A program made the position numbers and the translations under genes. A stretch of 39,158 bases of DNA from Catajapyx aquilonaris (taxonomy: Eukaryota): assembly GCA_000934665.2 (NCBI GenBank), contig KZ538947.1:1-39158 (forward strand), written 5' to 3'. Under the pieces are notes generated by a model that saw only the letters and a list, made by a program, of their open reading frames with translations, did no database searches and was not told the DNA's origin. Positions 23,629-32,004 of this stretch are shown here, piece by piece; the stretch's first letter is position 1, and each line of letters opens with the position of its first letter.

Positions 23629-23842
23629 TGAGTACGTTTACATGGGACTAAAAATCGGCCTGACCCAGGCTTCCTAAGCAAGGCCATCGCCTTAGGTAGA
23701 CCACCCGATCCAAAAGGCTTGGGCTGCGCCCGACAACGGCGCAGATAAGGCCGGTCTATCGTAGGCCCAGTGGCTACATGGGAGTAAACCGGTTCGCCTA
23801 GCACAGGCTAGGCCGATTTTTAGTCCCATGTAAACGCACTCA
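23629..23842. mobile_element. PIF/Harbinger-like MITE
   Basis: TIR TGAGT(A/G)CGTTTACATGGGACTAAAAATCGGCCT at both ends. It is absent from the left arm of the host palindrome. The TSD is not cleanly resolved. Confidence 0.75.
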
Positions 23843-23923
23843 ATGTTTGAGCAGCCGAGCAGGCAGAAGAGACCCGTCGCTGGGTCGTCCGTGTCACTCA
23901 CTCGATTTGTAAACAGTGACAAC

Positions 23924-24033
23924 CAGGGATGGAAAAAGAACCGCTTCCTTCCAAGAAGCGCTTCTTTTTTCCATGTGCAGGGATGGAAAAAGAACCGCTT
24001 CCTCCCAAAGAAGCGGTTCTTTTTCCATCCCTG
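23924..24033. mobile_element. 110-bp hAT-type MITE (tandem dimer of a ~55-bp hairpin unit)
   Basis: CAGGGATGGAAAAAGAACCGCTTC TIRs with an exact 8-bp TSD GTGACAAC (23916-23923, 24034-24041). The opposite arm of the host palindrome has a single GTGGCAAC. Confidence 0.9.
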
Positions 24034-24339
24034 GTGACAACAATGGAAGCACTCTCCACATGCTGATGCTTGAATTGGCCCGCCGGACGGGGTTGCCAGG
24101 TAACGCAGCGCCGTCGCCGACGGAAAAAAAACATTCGGTGACGGCTAATATGTCCGATTATGCTCGATTATTGGACCAAAGATCTCAATATTTAATGTAT
24201 TCTTTAAAGGGACACTCCACTCAAAATACAAGTTGGGTTCTAAAAATCGGGCAAAAAATCCTGATTCCGAGGGTATAAGCAGTTTTTCTTAGAGACGAAC
24301 GGTAAGGCCAGTGTGAAAGCTGGAAGTGTGCACAGAGAT

Positions 24340-24429
<90 letters not shown>

Positions 24430-25319
24430 AGAGACGACACAGCGATGGAATCGGGCCGTCCTGGGTGCGTGTGCAGGTCCGCCATGACAGTCAGGTCAAC
24501 TAGCCCGCTACTCCCTGTATATCATATGGAGTTTTACCTTCCCTTTAGAGGCTGTAGCTTCCCTAGAGACTAAAATGTCCAAATCGGAATTTGTCAAATA
24601 CTGATGCACATTTCTGTCTACCCATCGGCCATTTCGTCGTTTAAATCAGGTCTGTATTGATGGTTTGGTTTGGTTGTGATATATTACTTTGCTTGCAAGT
24701 CGAGATTTTCCAAAGTTACGACTAAAATAAGCTGAAAAGGTACTCGTTCTTGTAGTAACATATATTTGAAAAAAAATTATACAACTTTGCAAAATGTCAT
24801 TTTCCTTAAATTTATGGTGGCAAGATGTCCTGCTGCAACTAATTTAACATATTTTAAATGAGTAAATGAGATTTTTTTCAAAGGCCATAGTAACTTATGC
24901 TGGGGCAAAGCAGCTAAAGGCTGACAAGGTAATAATATGCCACTTTCAGGACATAAAATATGCATGTAAATTTTTCATGATTCTTACACTAAATTGCGTC
25001 ACATACCAAAACAGCAGAAATAAGTTTGGGTATCACAGTTTTATTCAGTTTATTTCTGCTGACTAGCATACACTGCTGACTAGCATAAAAATCAATTGCT
25101 ACTGACTACAGCAGTCTTAAGTACAACTTAAGTAAAAACAACTGAAAATTATTGCTCAAAATGGCATTCTTGTTTCGGACCATCTTGTTTATATTTTGCA
25201 CAGTGCAACAAAGTTTGGTAACAAGAAATCATACATATTGTAGTAATAATAATACAGATGATACAAAATAATACAAAATGAATGGAATCATTCTGTTCAT
25301 ATTCAAACACCAGTAGACT

Positions 25320-28300
25320 CTACTGGTGTTTGAATATGACAGTACGATTCAATTTTTTACGTAGGCCTACATCAGGACCCTTGTTCTCAAAGTTAAATGA
25401 CCTTACAATGTGATGTCGTCTGGCTTCAAGAAAAAACCGTATAATGTATCTAAGGAGGGAAAACACATGATTGTCTACATTAAACGCTGTTTCCATAGCA
25501 TGCTGGGACAAAGAAGCAAACACACCTCGGGATGCTACTCTTTCAAACAGAGAAGTCTCAAACTTCTTATTAAAAACAGAGATGGGCAGATTTCCGTAGG
25601 TAACTATGGCAGCGCGTACAGCCTTCTCACATTCCCTCACAACCTGCACCACGTCATCACTTGGGTAGCATAACTCTCCATTTGTTTTGATCTGAATTAA
25701 ATAGGAATTCTCTAGAAGCTGTGGAGTTGAGGAATCCTGAATGAGACTTGTACGGCACAAAGTACAGTTTACAATAGGCAGCAGTCGCTTGACAACGTAG
25801 CCTGAAATATAGACCAGGACATTCTCGTCAAAAGGGGTAAACAACTTAACTTGCGACAGGTCCAACTCCACGACTTCCTCCTCATCCTCTTCAACAGGCC
25901 TTATCCTATTTACACATAACTGTGAAACATCAGTGTCATCTAGTACCATAACATTTGCACCCTTAACACCTGCTCTGCATAGGATAGTACGATATGCGGA
26001 TTTGAATTGTGAAGCATTTGGATTGTTATTTGCTCCACCAGATTGACGAAAACAGCAAAACAAGAGCTCAGCATGATCTTGTGAGCACTTGTAAGTTAAT
26101 ACGTATCTCATGCGGGGTGAGAGCAAGTCATCAAAAAGTAGGAACTTAAAAATGGCAAGGAAGCTGGTAATGGTCGCCACAAACCCCACAATAACATGAT
26201 GCCTTCTTGAACAGGATATCAGATTGTCTTTGGTGTCACACAAATTGAGCAAAACGGATTGTGCATGGAGAAGAAAGGAATGCACACGAGCATAATTGGA
26301 GGCAGAAATAGGAGCTTTGTATCCTTTTCCAAATGGACTGCGGCTATTGAGAATGTCAAATAATCTGTCCATCACAAAGAAAAAGTCTGCTGTTGCTTGC
26401 ACATCAACAAAATCTGGTTCACCCAATGCCTTCATGAAAAGGAATGAATTTGCAACAGATGCACTTAGCACCTGAACAGCCAGTTTCACTTTCATAACCA
26501 TAGATTTGAATTCAGTGTGATCTCTAGTAAGTTTATTGGCTGCTTTCAGGCCTTCTGATACTTGTCTCTGCTGAACCAGCTCAACATACTTCCACCGAAC
26601 AACACCAAATTCTGGAGATTTAACCTCTTTCATAGCATGTAGCATATTCCGGACAAGTTTCATATATACGGCACTCTGATTTTCTAGTGAGCCATCACAC
26701 ACAATTGAAAGAGTACGCACACCAACTTTGTACAGTTTTTCCAGGCACAATTTAGTCAGATGTGCAACGACTTCTGCAGGGGGTTTACTGACTAGAAAAT
26801 ATGCGACTGGAATTTTCCAATGTCCACGCAATCCAACTACAACAAACACCAAAGCATCTGTTGCTAGTGGTGCGGTTTCGTTGGCACCACTGCCATAGTC
26901 AACGTGACCCTTCAACTTACCATCATTGTTCAAAACAGCGCCTTTCCTTATGCTCATTCCATCAAACATAAACACAATGTCTCGATACTTGAGGGGGTCT
27001 TCTTGCACATATGCAGCGAGTGAAGTGAAGGCCATTTCAGTAAATCCTGGTTCGGCTTCCACAGCTGATAACCATCTGAAACGACAATTCTAATGTACTG
27101 TACAGGGTGACCTGGTACGGTGACCCAAAAGTCTGGACACATATAGGTACCCTAATTGCATTGCATTGTTGGCTGTCAGTTACGCCAACTGGAGTTAACT
27201 ACTGTTGACAGTCAGTAAATGATTAGTTCTTGGAGTTGGCACAACTGGCAAACAACAATACAATTACTGATGTGTCCAGACTTTTGGGTCACCCTGTATT
27301 CTAATATTGTCAAGTTCCAGCTCACCTGATAGGCACTCTGGTGCAGCTCAGAGGGAGCAGGTTTTCCAAACTCAATCACAACACAAGGAATTGATTATAA
27401 AATAACAACTACATTTATTTGTATTAAACATCTGAAACTCCATTACATCAAACATCCTGTCCTTCTCATGAACCACAACAATAATGTCCCAATATTATAC
27501 TTAACCCCAAATGCACATACTGGATCCTATATATCATAATGAATCATAACCATTATCTCAAGTGAAATTGATATAATGGTTATGATTCATTATGATATAC
27601 AGGATACAGTATGTGCATTCCCAAGCTTCCCAATCTGATGAATGAATCACCACTCGTTGTTAACCTTCTTCTTCTTTTCCTTCTTCTTCTGAAAAAAATC
27701 CTAAACAAATATGCCAAATAAGTAATGACATCATCCCCACCATACCTAAACATTTCTGCAGAAATGGCATCAACCCCACCGGATTTGCCTAGTTGAAATT
27801 CTAAAACAGCAGTTGCAACTTACCATCCTTACCCAGCACATCATCCCCAATCACACTTACAAAAACATCAACAATGGCCTTATCACTATATCAAGTCTAT
27901 TTTTAACCTTCAATTTAACACCTACCTGTGAACTTCGAACATCCATAAAACCTGGAAGGGAAACTAAACAAAAATTAACTTGTGGTTCTCCCCAACATCT
28001 CCTATGACCAAAGGGAAAAATATCTGGAGCACTGGTAAACTGCTCGGAGATGGATTCCAGGCGTAACCATGGATTTCTTAGTACATCTTATAAACATCCT
28101 GGCCCAAGAGTGTGGGGTGGGGAGGTTCCCAAGGGAGGGTGCTGTAACTAGTTTTGGACCCTCTGTAACCCGACATTTTCTCTTAGCCCTGGGGAGAGAA
28201 GGGAGCAATACTTCCAACTATAACCATGACTGATTCTGCTAAAAACTCATAACATAACCCAAAAGGTCAGAATTGTCCATTACTTACCGCTGAACAGTCC

Positions 28301-29251
28301 TTATGCTCGGAAGAGGGACATGCTTCCGCAGAAACTCATAGGCCTTCGCTGAGTAAAATCTCAGAGTGATAGCAAAGTGCTTCATTTCGTCTGTGTATTC
28401 GTGCACAGGTTTCTTGAACAGCTCCAAGTCCAAGTCTATAATTAATAGTGGTACAAGTATTTTAAAATAAACACACACCACACAGAAACACAGACACACC
28501 AACATACCAACACAAAGTGAGACATACACACCTTCATACGCTGCTAGCTCATCCTCAGCTTGCTTGTGTAACAGCTTTTCCTTCTTCAACTCCTCTAACG
28601 CATCAAAAAGGCGGCGGCGTAACTGAACGTCTCTGTCTTGCACGTTTCTTGCTATCTATTTTGCACATAATCCAAAATGTATGAAACAGAAATTGCTAAT
28701 TAAACTAGTTAACAGTCATTACCTTCTTAAAATTTTCCAACCTCTGTTCACAATCTTCTAACTTCCTTTTCCACTTGGTTGGAGAAGTCACTGCGTAGGG
28801 CTGTTCCATGTAGACCGCATCTTGTGCCACATTTTTAGGAACCTTATCTTCATTCTGGTGTGTACCTGTTGGGATTGCTGGGAGGTGGTTGGCATCTATT
28901 GCTGCCTTGAGAGATGTACCAGATGTACGACGTACCAGAATTTTCTGCAACAAAACAAATGTTTAAAGCAGTATGGAAAATTTAACTACATGTGACATGT
29001 CACTGACAAAAGTGAATGAGGCACTTAGTTGCATGAGTGATTTTGTCACCTGCTTTAATTTACCTTTGCTGCGCCCACAATTTTGAGGCCAACTGGTCCA
29101 GGAGTTGTTGTTCCAAGTATCGAAACACCAATACTTTCAACATTTGCTCCTGAAATATTAATGCGATGCAGAATTGAGAAATATATAGAAATGCATATTA
29201 TAAAATATCAACAGTCACTAGCAAACCTTGCACATCTTGTACTCAGACTGG

Positions 29252-29317
<66 letters not shown>

Positions 29318-29770
29318 CTTCAAATTTACTACTGAAGATGGGTGTGGGGTCTGTCGGAAGGAGAATTCCGTTGGTATGGCATCCTTCTTCAGACAGTGAT
29401 GAGATCCTGGACCACCAACTTCGAAGCAACATGGCTTGAAGTGGACGGAGCAGAGATAGACATACTGTGATTTGGGTTGCCACTCTTTTTTACTGCCATC
29501 ATCTTCCACTCGACGAACATTGTGGAGCCACACTTTACGAATGTCCCGTCTCCCAGGGACATCTTTTGGAAACCTGTACAAAAGTAATGCATAGTGATGA
29601 TAGTCAACGTGTCGTCAGATTTTGCACATAGTAATTAAAAGTGCAGAGAGCATTGCTTTTTTAAAACCCACATTTCTATACAGTACTTACATATGAAAAG
29701 TAATGCCCCGCTGCTTGTTACCTAAGGTGTCACGGTTATTGCACCCAAATGCAGAGCAGGCGCGTACCAT
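25320..29770 (-). CDS. Spliced THAP9-like P-element transposase (predicted 857 aa, 6 exons)
   Basis: Phase-consistent GT-AG exons: 29770-29691, 29573-29330, 28944-28723, 28655-28532, 28435-28288, 27075-25320 (sum 2574 nt). THAP motifs CSAFGC..FP..W..LCSVHF..AIPT, then a coiled coil and FYSAKAYEFLR..LPSIRTVQRWL. Catalytic motifs FDGMSIRK, CDG, SQDHAELLF. AATAAA on the minus strand at 25054-25049 and 25045-25040. Confidence 0.9.
27103..27296. mobile_element. Tc1/mariner-type MITE in the last transposase intron
   Basis: TA|CAGGGTGACC...GGTGACCCAAAAGTCTGGACACA and TGTGTCCAGACTTTTGGGTCACCCTG|TA. The left TIR has a small duplication. Confidence 0.8.
27510..27619. repeat. Intronic AT-rich palindrome (~50-bp arms)
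   Basis: AATGCACATACTG.ATCCT.TATATCATAATGAATCATAACCATTAT is reverse-complemented at ~27573-27619 with a short loop. CCCAA occurs on both flanks. Confidence 0.8.
28095..28215 (-). mobile_element. Truncated SINE body related to the SINE at 14462
   Basis: The reverse complement aligns by eye with ~14590-14730. Confidence 0.6.
29254..29315. repeat. (GA)n microsatellite in transposase intron 2
   Basis: Uninterrupted AG run. Confidence 0.95.
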
Positions 29771-30099
29771 AGCTAAGCCTAAGTCGTGGTAGTGCCAGCG
29801 GTAGCCAGTACGGCACCTCAATGCTGCAACACAATGCAATGACAGTCGACCGCCGACACAAACACTGAAACACGGCGTGAATCTACATGCCAGGCAGGGC
29901 AGCCGCCATGACGGACGACCTTACTGTCATGGCCGCCCTATTTACGTGTCTCTCGCCGCTGCGCGTCGCTTCTAGAGTATTATATATATAACGATACTAC
30001 GATTTCTGTGGAAGTGTGTCGTTCGAAAACCGCGCGCGGGGCGGTGGGCAACGCCACCAGAGTGGAACCGGGCGGAACTAGAGAAAGTGATGGCGCGGC

Positions 30100-30180
30100 C
30101 AGGGTCCCCTACATGGTTGCCTCCCCCACCCTAACTGTCTAACTGTCTAGGTGGGGGAGGCACTCATGTAGGTGACCCTG
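30100..30180. mobile_element. 81-bp CAGGG...CCCTG mini-element with a near-perfect 8-bp TSD (hAT- or P-type)
   Basis: Imperfect ~31-bp arms. Flanks GGCGCGGC (30092-30099) and GGCGCGTC (30181-30188) match at 7 of 8 positions. Confidence 0.65.
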
Positions 30181-30377
30181 GGCGCGTCTCCTTCCCTACT
30201 TCTCCGGTTTGCCGCGAGATGCTGTTGTATCGCCCTTCTTAGCAGACGACGTGTGTAGATATATTATTTTCCGTGTTACCGTTGGGCGTAGGAAAAAACC
30301 GATTGCACATTCGGAATCAGGATTTTTTGCCCGATTTTTGGGGGCCAACTTGTATTTTGAGTGGAGTGTCCCTTTAA

Positions 30378-30878
30378 AGGGACACTCCACTCAAAATACA
30401 AGTTGATCTGTAAAAATCAGGCCAAAAATCCTGATTCCGGTGATACCATCCGTTTATCTCTGAGACGAACGGTAATGACAGGGGAAGAGACGAAAGTCGG
30501 AAAAAATTCGAGAGTGGCTCCGCCTGGCCACCTGGCCAAGTTAGGCGACGTTGGATAGAGCGCCGCCCTTCCCAACGGGCACGAGGGGAAGTTGGCTTCG
30601 GACACAACCAGATCCCCACGTGTCCCCACGGATCCCCATACCCGCAGGAAACTTATCAAAGTCGCCGTTGGGAAGGGCGGCGCTACTATCCAACGTCACC
30701 CTCAGAGGGTGGCGTCGCCACCTGCGCCGGGCGTTTGAGCGCGGTTTTCGAACGACACACTTCCAGCTTTCGCCCTGGCCTTACCGTTCGTCTCTCAGAA
30801 AAACTGCTTATACCTTCGGAGTCAGGATTTTTTGCCAGATTTTTAGAGCCCAACTTGTATTTTGAGTGGAGTGTCCCT
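30378..30878. mobile_element. Kolobok-type MITE (501 bp), inverted relative to its neighbour and sharing its TTAA
   Basis: Same 27-bp terminal sequence, with TTAA at 30374-30377 and 30879-30882. Internal IR GACGTTGGATAG...GCGCCGCCCTTCCCAACGG at ~30547-30697. Confidence 0.85.
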
Positions 30879-31110
30879 TTAAGTCAAATCACATGGTGAT
30901 GCCTTACCTTTCAACTTCTATCACTATGGCTGCTTAGGTGTCAGAATTACCTCGAAGGTGTTATGCTCGTACATGCTGTTTCCCTTTGACTTTTTCATAT
31001 TTCTGTAGTTTCTGTTTTGAGGAGTAAATATTTGGTGCTTGCATTTTAGCACATAATCATTCAGATAAATAGCCATGAATATTTGAACGACATCATGGCA
31101 TTGGTACATA

Positions 31111-31743
31111 CGAGGTGTGATCAAAAAGTTCCCGGATTTTCGGTATACCGTGCAAACCAGTGGAGATACGACCTTGTGACGCTACGGGGAGCTAGGAGCA
31201 CCTTTCAGCTATTAGTCTGAGAAATATCGTCTTCATAGGTGCACATGTTTCCGAGTTTCGGCAGTTTTCTTGACACCGTGTTCTTGTGCTTCTGCGATTT
31301 TTCGAAATGGCTGATGTTAGGGAGGAAAGGATTTGTATTAAATTTTGCTTCCAGCTCAACAAAATTTCGGCTGCAACCCACCGAATGCTGAACAAGGCTT
31401 TTGATGAGTAATGTGTAAGACAAGCAATAACGTATGGGTGGGTTAACAGCTTCAAAAGTGACGCGCCAAGTTCGCAGAAAAATCAATTCAATGCTGATAA
31501 TTTTCTTTGACATTATAGGAATTGTGCATATGGAGTTTCTCCCTCCTGGTAAAACTGTCAACGGCAAGTATTAGGGCCTACTGGGATGGTTTGAGACGAT
31601 TTAGGCTCAAATGGCCGGAGATGTGGAAGAACATATAGACTGGTTGCTGCACCATGACAATGCCGCCTGCACACACCTCACGCGTAGTCAGGGACTTCCT
31701 GATAAAAAATAACATGACCACTGTTCCCCACCCTGCATATTCG
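31111..31743 (+). pseudogene. Truncated, internally deleted mariner element with a dead transposase
   Basis: TA|CGAGGTGTGATCAAAAAGT left TIR. From ATG 31307: MADVREERICIKFCFQL..FDE*, then MLIIFFDIIGIVHMEFLPPGKTVNGKY*, WLLHHDNA and HTSRVVRDFLIKNNMTTVPHPAYS, truncated within YSPDL. Confidence 0.9.
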
Positions 31744-31758
31744 TTTGTCCTGGCCAAG

Positions 31759-31856
31759 GGGGTACTCACTTCGGTACTCCGGTGTACACCTGCAGTGGTA
31801 CACTTTGGTACTCTTCGGTACTCCTTAGGTACTCCTAGGTACTCCCTGGTGCTCCC
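31759..31856. repeat. Degenerate GGTACTC-based ~10-12-bp tandem array
   Basis: About 9 variants of GGTACTCC starting just after the point where the mariner sequence breaks off. Confidence 0.7.
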
Positions 31857-31935
31857 AGACAATAAACAAATATGCCTCTAACTTCGGGAGCTTTTCCCTC
31901 TCGTGTCGTGCTTCCAATCCCAAGGGGCTAAAAAA

Positions 31936-32004
31936 TGGTGCCGGGGATCGAACCCGGGATCTTTCACATGCAAAGCGAACGCTCTACCACTGAGATACAC
32001 CCCC
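31936..32004 (-). tRNA. tRNA-Ala(TGC), probable pseudogene
   Basis: GGGGGTGTATCTCAGTGGTAGAGCGTTCGCTTTGCATGTGAAAGATCCCGGGTTCGATCCCCGGCACCA followed by T6. Anticodon TGC and an intact B box. There is a G10>T change in the D stem/A box, and the 3' acceptor strand is 3 nt short. Confidence 0.85.

Larger units (their letters stand above)
22289..24162. mobile_element. Large palindromic Tc1-type MITE carrying three nested insertions
   Basis: Left end TA|CAGTGCTGGACAAATTAG. Arms 22296-23182 and 23234-24155 are reverse complements once the SINE, the Harbinger-like MITE and the hAT MITE are removed. Loop is about 50 bp. The right terminus is degenerate. Confidence 0.85.
24331..30010 (-). mobile_element. 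P-superfamily (THAP9-like) DNA transposon, 5680 bp
   Basis: Exact 8-bp TSD GAAGTGTG (24323-24330, 30011-30018). Termini CACAGAGAT...ATTTCTGTG. Subterminal (TA)n followed by TCTAGA..CGAC.C.CAGCG on both sides, and an inner IR GCCATGACAGT(C/A)AGGTC. Encodes a THAP-containing P-type transposase. Confidence 0.92.
24208..30373. mobile_element. Kolobok-type MITE (478 bp without its P insert) hosting a P-superfamily element
   Basis: TTAA|AGGGACACTCCACTCAAAATACAAGTTGG...CCAACTTGTATTTTGAGTGGAGTGTCCCT|TTAA. A TTAA TSD with purine (RR) 5' termini fits Kolobok; piggyBac ends start with pyrimidines. Confidence 0.8.

Noticed and set aside
24240..24573. YI-repeat ORFs (likewise ER/SL repeats at 29083-29483 and poly-S at 38128-38448)
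   Set aside because: Translations of (TA)n, (GA)n and (AGT)n microsatellites.
25320..27062. The 580-aa ORF as a complete gene with a GTG start
   Set aside because: It is the last exon of a spliced gene. The acceptor at 27076 restores the conserved RW-L motif with upstream exons.
24208..30373. A novel transposon superfamily combining a P transposase with TTAA-flanked AGGG TIRs
   Set aside because: The P element has its own CA...TG ends and 8-bp TSD inside the TTAA element, and the sister MITE shows the empty site. This is nesting, not a new end chemistry.
30374..30882. piggyBac assignment from the TTAA TSD
   Set aside because: The termini start with AGGG (purines), not the CCY of piggyBac.
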